From an uncultured Eubacteriales bacterium (GTDB lineage: Bacteria > Bacillota > Clostridia > Peptostreptococcales > Anaerovoracaceae), in assembly GCA_902786355.1 (NCBI GenBank), contig CADABZ010000009.1, positions 19,498 through 83,497 of the forward strand: DNA of 64,000 bases. The letters run 5' to 3'. The notes below the pieces were generated by a model that was given only the letters and a program-made list of their open reading frames with translations, searched no databases and was not told where the DNA came from. This document shows positions 45,205 through 54,312 of the stretch, piece by piece. The position numbers were made by a program, and so were the translations under genes. The number at the start of each line of letters is the position of its first letter. Position 1 is the first letter of the stretch.

Positions 45205-46653
45205 ATGTTCAGAAAGTTAAAAGAGAGTCCGTACTTCAAAGCGGCAGTTGTACTGCTGGTGTGCGGATCATTTCTGATAATGTTCAATGACTGGGTGGAA
45301 AACACCCATTTTTCCGTTGGCTTTGAGACTCTGAACAGTACACTGGCACCTGTATATATCGGCATCGTATTCGCATTCGTTCTCTGCCCTGTATATAACG
45401 CATGCGTCAAGGCTTCATACCGGAAGATGCTGGAGGGAGCAAAGAGAAAAGGCTTTTCGATCGGAGCTATGATAGTGCACGATGATTCGAAGCCTTTTGA
45501 GATAGATAAGGAAGAAAAACGCAGAATACTGACTGCTGCCAGAGCAGCGGCCACGTTTGTATGTGTCGTTATTGTCGTCGGCCTGGTGGGGCTGTTCGTA
45601 TATTTTGTAGTACCTCAGGTCGTGGCGAGCGGTGTCAATCTTGTCAACACGATGCCGCAGAGACTGGAAATACTCTCTGACTGGTGCAAGGTGCATTTTG
45701 CGCGTTTTCCGATGCTGGCAATCTGGGTGGATAATATCGCCAATGCAGGCAACAGCGAGATACTTGCATGGGTACAGGAGCACATTCTGTCGGGTAATGC
45801 TGTAAGCATTGCAACAATGATATCCACCGGCGTTATCACAGCGGTCAAGTATGTAGCCAATGCTTTCATCGGACTGCTGATCATGATCTATCTGCTCAAT
45901 TACAAAGAAAGGCTCTTCGCCATAACCCGCAAGCTTGTCAATGCCACATGCAGTACGAAGAGAAAAGCCAGACTGTATGAATTCGCATCTATCGTCAATG
46001 AGACATTCATCGGGTTCATAGTAGGCAGGATCATTGATTCGTTCATCATCGGTGTTCTGTGCTTCATAGTGATGAAGATCTGCGCGATACCATTTGCGCT
46101 CATGATAAGCGTTATCGTCGGAGTCACCAACGTGATACCGTTCTTCGGACCGTTCATCGGAGCGATCCCGTCGGTATTCATACTGATGCTTGAGCAGCCG
46201 CTGCAGGCTCTGTATTTTGTCATCATTATCGTGATCATACAGCAGCTTGACGGTAATGTCATAGGACCTAAGATCGTCGGAAATGCGATAGGTATCAGCA
46301 GCTTCTGGGTCCTGATCTCAGTTCTCATCGGAGGCGGCCTGTTCGGATTTGCAGGCATGGCACTGAGTGTACCGGTCTTTGCTGTCATCTACAGATACGT
46401 GGATAAGCTGACCATGGCGAGCCTGAGGCGCAAGGATAAGAATACTGATACAGCTTATTACTTCACCCTCGGAAATTACGGACTTGAGGATGATGAAGTC
46501 GACCTCAGTCCGGACAGGAAGAAAGAAGCCTCGATATTTGACAAGTTCCGAAAGAAGAAGCAGAGCGGTGATACAGAGCGTAAAGACAGTGAAACTGATG
46601 CTGAAGCTGAAGAGATCCGCAAACTCATAGACAGGGGGAAAAACACGAAATGA
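45205..46653 (+). CDS. AI-2E family transporter (PerM/YhhT-like, UPF0118)
   Basis: It has a multi-TM layout with the conserved C-terminal block NVIPFFGPFIGAIPS...LDGNVIGPKIVG. Confidence 0.8.
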   Translation: MFRKLKESPYFKAAVVLLVCGSFLIMFNDWVENTHFSVGFETLNSTLAPVYIGIVFAFVLCPVYNACVKASYRKMLEGAKRKGFSIGAMIVHDDSKPFEIDKEEKRRILTAARAAATFVCVVIVVGLVGLFVYFVVPQVVASGVNLVNTMPQRLEILSDWCKVHFARFPMLAIWVDNIANAGNSEILAWVQEHILSGNAVSIATMISTGVITAVKYVANAFIGLLIMIYLLNYKERLFAITRKLVNATCSTKRKARLYEFASIVNETFIGFIVGRIIDSFIIGVLCFIVMKICAIPFALMISVIVGVTNVIPFFGPFIGAIPSVFILMLEQPLQALYFVIIIVIIQQLDGNVIGPKIVGNAIGISSFWVLISVLIGGGLFGFAGMALSVPVFAVIYRYVDKLTMASLRRKDKNTDTAYYFTLGNYGLEDDEVDLSPDRKKEASIFDKFRKKKQSGDTERKDSETDAEAEEIRKLIDRGKNTK

Positions 46654-47618
46654 ATCATGACAGAGGGCAGGCAGGCCCTGCCGCTCAGAGACTTATAGAA
46701 GATATACGCAGCATAATACCGGCTGAACGTCTGCTCGAGGGAGAACCGATGTCAAAGCATACATCGTTCAGGATCGGCGGCAATGCAGCAGCCCTGGTCA
46801 TATGCAGCAATGAAGAGGAACTCGCACAGGTCCTTAAGAAATGCTCATCTTCCGATGGCGCAGAATACATGATGATAGGAAACGGGTCAAACTTCCTTGT
46901 ATCCGACAGCGGCTATCCGGGAATAATGATCAGGCTCGGAGGCGATTTTGACAGTGTTTCTGCTGAATCGGACAATGGGGACGGAACCGTTTATGTCAGA
47001 GCAGGCGCTGCAAAGCTCCTTTCAGGTACTTCTGCTTTTATGACAGAGCACGGACTTACCGGGATGGAGTTCGCAAGCGGTATCCCGGGGAGCGTTGGCG
47101 GTGCAGTTTTCATGAATGCAGGAGCTTACGGCGGAGAGATGAAAGACATAGTGACTTCTGTTCGTCTCATGAAATCTGACGGATCAGAGATCATCGAGCT
47201 GCCTGCAGAGGAGATGGATTTCAGCTACAGACACAGCGTAGTTGAGGACAGAGGGCTGATAGTTCTGTCTGCACTTCTCAGACTTACAGAAGATGAGCCG
47301 GCAGAGATAGCAGCCAGAGTCCATGACCTTCAGAACAGAAGGAATGCAAAGCAGCCGGTCAACTATCCGAGCGCCGGAAGCACATTCAAGAGGCCGGTGG
47401 GCGGATTTGCAGCAGCCCTTATAGATGAGGCGGGACTCAAAGGATACAGATGCGGCGGAGCGATGGTCTCCGAGAAGCATGCAGGTTTTGTTATCAATAC
47501 AGGAGGAGCTACAGCTGAGGATGTACTCAATGTTATGAGACATGTCCGTGATACTGTTTACAGCAGAAGCGGCATCATGCTCGAACCTGAGGTCAGGCTC
47601 ATCGGCTGTGAGCTATAG
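46650..47618 (+). CDS. murB: UDP-N-acetylenolpyruvoylglucosamine reductase
   Basis: It has SFRIGGNA, GNGSNFLV and GIPGSVGGAVFMNAGAYG motifs, and its start overlaps the upstream stop. Confidence 0.9.
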   Translation: MNHDRGQAGPAAQRLIEDIRSIIPAERLLEGEPMSKHTSFRIGGNAAALVICSNEEELAQVLKKCSSSDGAEYMMIGNGSNFLVSDSGYPGIMIRLGGDFDSVSAESDNGDGTVYVRAGAAKLLSGTSAFMTEHGLTGMEFASGIPGSVGGAVFMNAGAYGGEMKDIVTSVRLMKSDGSEIIELPAEEMDFSYRHSVVEDRGLIVLSALLRLTEDEPAEIAARVHDLQNRRNAKQPVNYPSAGSTFKRPVGGFAAALIDEAGLKGYRCGGAMVSEKHAGFVINTGGATAEDVLNVMRHVRDTVYSRSGIMLEPEVRLIGCEL

Positions 47619-47624
47619 ATAATT

Positions 47625-48395
47625 ATGGATCCGGAAACAATTAAGCAGAAATTCAGACTGACAGCTGATTATCACACTCATACGATATACTCGAGACTCG
47701 GACCTTATCTTCACGGCAAGGGCAAGGTGGTAGAGAATGTCGCAGTTGCGTTCGGAAAAGGACTTCGCGAGATCGCGCTCACAGATCACGGTCCTTCAGA
47801 CTTTTATGGCCTTTCAATCAGAAATATACCGCAGATCCGCAAGGATATAGCTGCAGCAGCTAAGAGATTCCCGCGCATCAATATACTGCTGGGAGTCGAG
47901 GCAGATATCGTGGACACGCCGAACGGACTTGATGTTACAGAAGAGGAGTTCGGACTCTTCGATTTTGTCAACGCAGGTTATCACTATGTTCCCAACAGCC
48001 ATATGATACAGAACTGGCTCTCATTCAGACTGCCATGCCCTGATTCTGTCAGGGAACGTCTGAGGAAACAGAATACCGAGCGTATTATCAAAGCTCTGAC
48101 TAGCAACAACATATATATACTCACACATCCGGGGGACAAAGCATACATCGACACTCATGCTGTGGCAAAAGTATGCGAGGAGACAGATACTCTGGTGGAG
48201 ATCAATGCCAGACACAGACATCCGGACTGCGAAGAGCTTAAGATATTCGCCGGCTACGATGTGAAGTTTGTGATAAGCAGCGATGCGCACAGACCGGAGA
48301 AGGTCGGTCGCTATGTCAAGAGCCTTCAGCTGGCACTGTCAGCCGGAATAGATCCTGAACGGATAATTAATATTGAAGAGCTCCGCGCAGAATAA
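47625..48395 (+). CDS. PHP-domain phosphoesterase (histidinol-phosphatase-like)
   Basis: It has DYHTHT, LTDHGP, ILTHPG and SSDAH metal-ligand motifs. Confidence 0.7.
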   Translation: MDPETIKQKFRLTADYHTHTIYSRLGPYLHGKGKVVENVAVAFGKGLREIALTDHGPSDFYGLSIRNIPQIRKDIAAAAKRFPRINILLGVEADIVDTPNGLDVTEEEFGLFDFVNAGYHYVPNSHMIQNWLSFRLPCPDSVRERLRKQNTERIIKALTSNNIYILTHPGDKAYIDTHAVAKVCEETDTLVEINARHRHPDCEELKIFAGYDVKFVISSDAHRPEKVGRYVKSLQLALSAGIDPERIINIEELRAE

Positions 48396-48450
48396 CAGAC
48401 GCCGGATGCCCAAAATACCGATTTTTGCTAAGGAATATTATAAATATATT

Positions 48451-49323
48451 ATGAAAGTTGTAATTATTACAGGAATGTCAGGTGCAGGACGAAGCAGAGC
48501 CGCGGACTGGTTTGAAGACCAGGGTTATTATTGTGTCGACAATATGCCTCCTGCACTTATTGACAGTTTCCTTGAGATGACATCGGCCGGTGCAGGCAAT
48601 ATCGATAAAGTTGTATTCGTGGCAGATCTGCGAAGCCGCAGTTTCTTCGATCAGCTGTCCCATGTGATAGATGATCTGAGAAAACGCAAGGGCATCGAGC
48701 TGACGGTCCTCTATATGGAAGCGGCACCTAAAGAGATAGTACGAAGATACAACGAAGTCAGAAGAAATCATCCTGTAAGCGGTGCTGAAGCGAGCCTTGA
48801 TGTTATCGAGCAGGAAAGCATCAGACTCAGGGAGATCCGCGGAAAAGCAGATCTCATACTTGATACAACTAATCTCAAGGTCGCAGAGCTGAACTCCGAG
48901 CTGGATAAACTGATCTTCGGCGGAAGCGGTTCAACTAATTTTGCCATCAACATAAGTTCATTCGGCTTCAAGTACGGTATCCCGGAAGAAGCGGATATCA
49001 TGTTTGACGTCCGGTTCGTGCCTAATCCTTACTGGGTGCCGAGCCTCAGAAAGCTCACAGGCAACAACAAGAGGGTTGTGGAGTTTATTTTCAGAAATGA
49101 GATTGCAGAAAGATTTGTCGATTCTACACACGCCCTGCTCAAATCAATAGTTCCCGGGTATATCAATGAAGGCAAGTATCACCTGAATATAGCCTTCGGC
49201 TGCACCGGAGGACATCACAGGTCCGTAGCTATTGCCAACGCTATGGCAGAGAAATTCAGAAAAGATGGTATGCGAGTCAGGGTCAATCACAGAGACCTCG
49301 ACCTGCAGAACAAGAAGCGCTGA
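48451..49323 (+). CDS. rapZ: RNase adapter / nucleotide-binding protein RapZ (YvcJ)
   Basis: It has Walker A ITGMSGAGRS and the C-terminal GCTGGHHRSV. The ATG at 48451 is preferred, since the upstream track start overlaps the PHP gene. Confidence 0.9.
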   Translation: MKVVIITGMSGAGRSRAADWFEDQGYYCVDNMPPALIDSFLEMTSAGAGNIDKVVFVADLRSRSFFDQLSHVIDDLRKRKGIELTVLYMEAAPKEIVRRYNEVRRNHPVSGAEASLDVIEQESIRLREIRGKADLILDTTNLKVAELNSELDKLIFGGSGSTNFAINISSFGFKYGIPEEADIMFDVRFVPNPYWVPSLRKLTGNNKRVVEFIFRNEIAERFVDSTHALLKSIVPGYINEGKYHLNIAFGCTGGHHRSVAIANAMAEKFRKDGMRVRVNHRDLDLQNKKR

Positions 49324-49328
49324 TCAAA

Positions 49329-50348
49329 ATGTCTTTTTCCTCAGATGTAAAGGGTGAACTCGCCCGTCTGGAAGTCAAAAAACAATGCTGCAAGCTGGCG
49401 GAAATCGCCGGCTTTCTTAGAGTCTCCAGTTCCATCCGTCTTGTAGGAGGCGGAAAACTGGCAATAGTTGCTACCACAGAAAATGCTGCAATAGCCAGAC
49501 ACTACAAGAAACTGATCAGAAATTATTTCAGCAGCAATGCAGGACTCGCAGTAGGCGGCTCACAGATGCCGGGTGCCAGCGGACGAAACCGCTATTATCT
49601 GAACATCAGCCCTGAGGAGAAATCCATGCAGATCCTCCGTGAGACAGGAATGATGCTTATTAGAGCGGGCGATGACTATTTCAGCGATGGTATCTATCAG
49701 CCTGTAGTCAGATCAAAATGCTGCCGCAAAGCATATCTGAGAGGAATGTTCCTGAGCTGCGGGACAATGTCAGATCCAAGAAAAGGCTATCATCTTGAAT
49801 TCGTCCTCGACAAAGAGCAGACCGCCAATGATTTGAAGAAACTGATCGGAACATTCGTAGATCTCTCAGCATCCATTACACGCAGAGGTGACAGCTACAT
49901 CGTATATGTCAAAAAGGCACAGTATATCAGCGACATCCTCGGGATAATGGGTGCAGACAGCGCTGTTCTGGAATTTGAGAATATACGGATAAGCAAGAGC
50001 CTCCATGGTGATGTTCAGAGGATGCTCAACTGCGACAATGCCAATGTTGACAGAGCACTGTCTGCTGCAGAGGAACAGAGGACATGGATCAGGCTGCTGG
50101 CCGAGGCTGAGCTGGGAAGAAAGGGGAGCCCGGAAGAAATCGCAGACACCGGCTCTGCATTCTGGACGGAAGGACTCAGGCACCTGCCTGCACCGCTCAA
50201 GGAAGTGGCTTTTCTCAGACTCTATAAACCGGATGCAAGCCTTGCGGATATCGGTGAGACACTGGCTCCTCCTATAGGTAAGGCTGCAGTCAGCAAGAGA
50301 TTCGCCAGAATAAAATCACTTGCTGAGAATCACAACGAAATGAAATAA
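49329..50348 (+). CDS. whiA: DNA-binding protein WhiA
   Basis: It has the N-terminal MSFSSDVKGELAR...CCKLAEIAGFLR, a LAGLIDADG-like middle region and a C-terminal HTH. Confidence 0.9.
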   Translation: MSFSSDVKGELARLEVKKQCCKLAEIAGFLRVSSSIRLVGGGKLAIVATTENAAIARHYKKLIRNYFSSNAGLAVGGSQMPGASGRNRYYLNISPEEKSMQILRETGMMLIRAGDDYFSDGIYQPVVRSKCCRKAYLRGMFLSCGTMSDPRKGYHLEFVLDKEQTANDLKKLIGTFVDLSASITRRGDSYIVYVKKAQYISDILGIMGADSAVLEFENIRISKSLHGDVQRMLNCDNANVDRALSAAEEQRTWIRLLAEAELGRKGSPEEIADTGSAFWTEGLRHLPAPLKEVAFLRLYKPDASLADIGETLAPPIGKAAVSKRFARIKSLAENHNEMK

Positions 50349-50353
50349 GGGAT

Positions 50354-51835
50354 ATGGAAAAGAATCAGATAATAGAACTTACTATAGAAGATATGCTCGA
50401 TGACGGAAGAGCTTTCGGCAGATATGAAGGCTGCGGTGTATTCGTGAGCGGTGGCTGCAGTATCGGCAAGGGCGTTTCGGCTGCCGGTGCAGTTCCGGGA
50501 GACCGCGTTACAGCCAAAGTCATCCGGACCAGAAAATCATCAGCAGAAGCCAGCCTTCTGGCTGTTACAGAACCTTCTGCTGACAGAGTGGTTTCAGACT
50601 GTAGGTATGCGGCAGAATGCGGAGGCTGCACTCTGCGCGAATTGGCTTATGAAGCACAGAAGAAGCTCAAGACAGACCAGGTCAGATCCAAGCTTATAAG
50701 ACTCGGCGGACTCAGTGATCCGTGCGTCAAACCCATCATCGGAGCAGACACAGTCAACTACTACCGCAATAAAGCGGTATTCTCAGTCGGGCCTCACGGG
50801 GAGGTGGGTTTTGTCAGAAAGAAGAGTCATTATGTCATAGACATCGACGACTGCCTCCTCCAGTCGGATGCTGCAATGGTATGCGCCGACGCCCTGAGAC
50901 ATTTTCTTCACCGGCATCAGACCGGATGCATCACACAGATGACAGTCAAGACTGCATTCGGAACAGGCGAAGTCATGGTAGTACTTGATAGCGAGAGGAA
51001 GGACATTCCGCATATCGAGGAGCTGACCGAACTGCTCGATGACGCCGTATACAGCCTCAGCTGTGATGATGAGGGACAGCCGGATCCGGATGCAGAATCC
51101 TTCAGTCTTGAATCTGTCGCGGTGATACATAAAGGGAAATGCCGGATACTGGCAGGCAAGCCGACTATCACGGATGAGATCATCAGAGAGAACGGAAGGA
51201 GCGTCGCATTCGAGATAAGCCCTCAGTCATTCTATCAGGTCAATCCTGAGCAGATGGTACGCCTGTACGACAAATCTGCAGTATATGCGGATTTGAGAGG
51301 TGGGGAGACTGTCCTTGACCTCTACTGCGGAGCGGGCACTGTAGGCCTGTGGCTTCTTGAAGACCTGAGGGGCAGAGATGAAGAGGCTTTTGAAAGGACA
51401 AGTGTAATAGGTATCGAATCCGTGAAACCTGCAGTCATTGATGCCAACAGGAACTCCGTCATCAACGGAATCGTCAACACAAGATACTTCTGCGGCAAAG
51501 CAGAAGAGGAACTTCCGGGGATGATGGGTCTGGCAAAACTCTACAAGTGGAACGAAGTCAATGAACGTGTCGAGCGCGAGCCGGAGCTTCGCATAGATAA
51601 AGTTGATGTCGCAGTCCTCGATCCTCCGAGGGCAGGCTGCGATGAAGCACTTCTCAATGCCGTTGTTAAAGCACAGCCTGAGAAGATAGTCTATATCTCT
51701 TGCGATCCGGGGACACTCGCACGGGATATCAGATATCTCACAGATAACGGATACGAATTCATAGAGGCAACACCTGTGGATCAATTCCCGAATACATCAC
51801 ACATCGAGGTAGTCGCGAAAATACAAAGACAATAA
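50354..51835 (+). CDS. rlmD: 23S rRNA (uracil-C5)-methyltransferase RlmD/RumA family
   Basis: It has an N-terminal TRAM domain, the Fe-S motif CRYAAECGGC, the SAM motif LDLYCGAGTVG, and the catalytic ISCDPGTLARD. Confidence 0.85.
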   Translation: MEKNQIIELTIEDMLDDGRAFGRYEGCGVFVSGGCSIGKGVSAAGAVPGDRVTAKVIRTRKSSAEASLLAVTEPSADRVVSDCRYAAECGGCTLRELAYEAQKKLKTDQVRSKLIRLGGLSDPCVKPIIGADTVNYYRNKAVFSVGPHGEVGFVRKKSHYVIDIDDCLLQSDAAMVCADALRHFLHRHQTGCITQMTVKTAFGTGEVMVVLDSERKDIPHIEELTELLDDAVYSLSCDDEGQPDPDAESFSLESVAVIHKGKCRILAGKPTITDEIIRENGRSVAFEISPQSFYQVNPEQMVRLYDKSAVYADLRGGETVLDLYCGAGTVGLWLLEDLRGRDEEAFERTSVIGIESVKPAVIDANRNSVINGIVNTRYFCGKAEEELPGMMGLAKLYKWNEVNERVEREPELRIDKVDVAVLDPPRAGCDEALLNAVVKAQPEKIVYISCDPGTLARDIRYLTDNGYEFIEATPVDQFPNTSHIEVVAKIQRQ

Positions 51836-51872
51836 TGCCCAAAACCCTTGAAATTCAAGGCTTTCACGATTT

Positions 51873-51911
51873 GGCGATTTTTGCAGATTTTAGCGAAAAT
51901 CGCCATTTTTT
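51873..51911 (+). terminator. Rho-independent terminator of rlmD
   Basis: GGCGATTTT (51873-51881) pairs with AAAATCGCC (51896-51904), followed by ATTTTTT. Confidence 0.85.
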
Positions 51912-52046
51912 AGTGTCCGGATCGAAATCAAAAAGGGCATCTGGTCAAAGGAAATACATCAACAGGCGTAGTTCCGAAAAAATGGCTGTTTTCTGAAAGC
52001 CTTGCAATTACTGCGTTATACATCCATTATTCATCGAAATCCATGT

Positions 52047-52060
52047 ATTTTCAGGCGGGG
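52047..52060. repeat. 14-bp direct repeat copy 1 (ATTTTCAGGCGGGG)
   Basis: This is an exact match to 53944-53957, and the flanks are partly similar (GGGG-GTT-AT). Confidence 0.8.
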
Positions 52061-52129
52061 GGTTATCTGAAATTGTAACTGCACATTTGCAATCGTTACT
52101 GCACAGACTGCTCTGAGGAATAGTGTTTT

Positions 52130-52157
52130 GTGGCAGTTACGACTTCGTAATTGCCAC
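52130..52157. repeat. 28-bp near-perfect palindrome GTGGCAGTTAC-N6-GTAATTGCCAC
   Basis: The arms are reverse complements with 1 mismatch. It belongs to a cluster of GTAAYTGC-type motifs at 52005-52177. Confidence 0.75.
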
Positions 52158-52283
52158 AGTTGTAATTGTTATTGCGACATTACTTAGTATTTTTGCTAAA
52201 ATTGACTCAGGAGTACGCATTCTAAAAGATCGGGCTGCACAGGCCAAATATTTTTGCAGTTGTTAGTGCACTCCGTTTCGGTA

Positions 52284-53664
52284 GTAAATGGTATTGTGCG
52301 TATCCTGCCTGTTGTATATATGGATTTAACCTACTTCTTAATGAGCTCAGGGGTCAGACAGAGTTCATTGAGTAGAATGTACTTCAGGCCGAGTTTCGCG
52401 GCAGTCTCACTGCCATACTTGTCCTCAAATACCTGGTATGGAGATCTGGCATTGAGGCTGGCGCGAGGTAACGAGTTTATGTGATTCATCATCAAAGTCA
52501 CGTCATCCTGAGTAAGATCATCGAAAGATGATCCTTTAGGGAGGATGTATCTGATGAACTCATGATTACGTTCGCAGCGACTCTTCTGATTGGTCTGCTG
52601 CGGATCGCAATAGAACACATTGCATTGAAACTCGCCTGTATCCTGATCGATCTCGATCGAAGACGGATCGGTGAACTCAGTGCCGCGATCAACTAGAATA
52701 ACCTCGAATACATTGGAGAATGAATCTCCCATCGCTTCACGCAGATGCACATATGCAGCAGCAACACCGGCTGCTGTTTTTGTTTCTCTGAGTAACATGA
52801 TCTGCACACTGCAATCCCGAAGAAAGATGGTAAGTATGACTTTGCCTCCCTTAGTACCTTCGACAGTATCCATCTCTGAAACTTTGGCATTAGGATGTTT
52901 CTCAAGATGATCGAGGAAATCTGCATACGTCCTTCCGACATGACATTTCTTGTCTACATGAAGAACCGGGCCGCTCTTCTGGCGAGGCTGTTTTCTCTGC
53001 ACCTTTCTGTGGAGATCCAGATTGCCGGCATCAAAGTAACCTTTATCTATGTAGTCGTATAGGGTCCTTAAAGATACAGGCATCTGATCTGCATAATATT
53101 CATATGCAACAGGGACAGAAACACCATTCTTAATAAGCGGAATAATATGATCTGCGATGAACTGCAGCTCTTTCTCAGAAAGCGATATGCCGAGTCTGGA
53201 TTCAGAGAGAGTCTGTTTATACATCTTGTGAGCATGATCAGCAAAATACATCCTTGTTGCAAGGAGGCAATTATTGCCGCCACGATCCCCACAGCCATTA
53301 CAGACATAAGGGGGCTTGAGCAGCTTAGGACATATTTCAGGTTCATATCTGTCACAGTACAGAGCACATTGAGAGCATAGAAGAGAGCATACTCTTTTGG
53401 GGCACCTTGGTGCCGGGCACTGAGATGGATCGTCGAATATGCATTCATATCTGAACTTGCATCTGCTCCTGGCAGGTTTTTTGCTGCCATAATGAAGGTG
53501 GGCACGGATCTCTCTGCTGATGGAAGTTCTGTCTTTACCAATCTCAGCTGCAATGCGTGAAAAAGACCAGCCGAGAGTTAGGCCTCTCTGGATCAACAAT
53601 CTGTCGTCATAAGTGAAATGTTTCATAACAGTTCCTTTCCGGCAGGATACAGAGAAAATTTTAC
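52284..53664 (-). mobile_element. IS30-family insertion sequence (approximate ends)
   Basis: The transposase ORF is flanked by an inverted-repeat core, GTATCCTGCC (52300-52309) / GGCAGGATAC (53641-53650), with outer GTAAA matches at 52284 and 53664. The ends and target duplication are not resolved. Confidence 0.5.
52331..53626 (-). CDS. IS30-family transposase
   Basis: This 431-aa protein has an N-terminal HTH (GWSFSRIAAEIGKDRTSISREI) and a DDE/rve-type core (MDTVEG...ILVDRGTEF...RCERNHEFIRYILPKG). Confidence 0.85.
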   Translation of the reverse strand: MKHFTYDDRLLIQRGLTLGWSFSRIAAEIGKDRTSISREIRAHLHYGSKKPARSRCKFRYECIFDDPSQCPAPRCPKRVCSLLCSQCALYCDRYEPEICPKLLKPPYVCNGCGDRGGNNCLLATRMYFADHAHKMYKQTLSESRLGISLSEKELQFIADHIIPLIKNGVSVPVAYEYYADQMPVSLRTLYDYIDKGYFDAGNLDLHRKVQRKQPRQKSGPVLHVDKKCHVGRTYADFLDHLEKHPNAKVSEMDTVEGTKGGKVILTIFLRDCSVQIMLLRETKTAAGVAAAYVHLREAMGDSFSNVFEVILVDRGTEFTDPSSIEIDQDTGEFQCNVFYCDPQQTNQKSRCERNHEFIRYILPKGSSFDDLTQDDVTLMMNHINSLPRASLNARSPYQVFEDKYGSETAAKLGLKYILLNELCLTPELIKK

Positions 53665-53943
53665 GCTAATAATTGGAAAGAGAATCTTAAAATATGGCTA
53701 TGGATTTATGGATAACCGGCGCAGAGCCATGGATAAGTGCATGGACAGTCAAACTGCCCATGCACTTATCCACAGCTCTGCCGGATAGCCGGTTACCCAC
53801 AAGCTCCACAGCCACTGCTGCGATGATCACGACAGATGATGATCAAAAATAAAAAACGTGAAGTTGCAACTGCACAGTCACAATCTCCACGCTTTCGCAA
53901 TCCGAAATGCACTTTTATTATGTATTTACCTTAGCAATTAACC

Positions 53944-53957
53944 ATTTTCAGGCGGGG
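53944..53957. repeat. 14-bp direct repeat copy 2 (ATTTTCAGGCGGGG)
   Basis: This is an exact match to 52047-52060. Confidence 0.8.
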
Positions 53958-54312
53958 TAGTTCATACAATGGAAAAAATACACGCCACTGTGTATACTCT
54001 TTATTCATTTTATGCATTTTTATTCATTCGGGCCTCAAAGGCCTCGAAAACTCGCATAATTGCCCGCGATCAGGAAACCCCTTATAGTAGATGTAGGTGA
54101 ACACCGGTGTTATCAATACCAGCAAGGAAGGAGGGTTCGCCTATTGGGTAGATCAATAAAGAGAATAAGAAAAAAATGAATACAGTATCAAACTGTAAAT
54201 CAGAGGTAAAATATGCGATTCCAGCATTTTGGACGTTTTCAGTTCCATCTGGCTCGCAGCAATGACATAGTTGGGAGAAGATTTGTTTGTTAAGGCAAGC
54301 TGAAAGGAGGTC

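Noticed and set aside
52319-52328. A 10-bp direct repeat, TATGGATTTA, also present at 53699-53708 and flanking the transposase ORF.
   Set aside because: One copy lies inside and the other outside the inverted-repeat cores, so it does not behave like a target-site duplication. It is AT-rich and could be chance.
53694-53852. A 52-codon ORF (MAMDLWITGAEPWISAW...) coinciding with the long hairpin.
   Set aside because: It has no SD. The sequence is palindromic, so the reading frame is a by-product of the hairpin.
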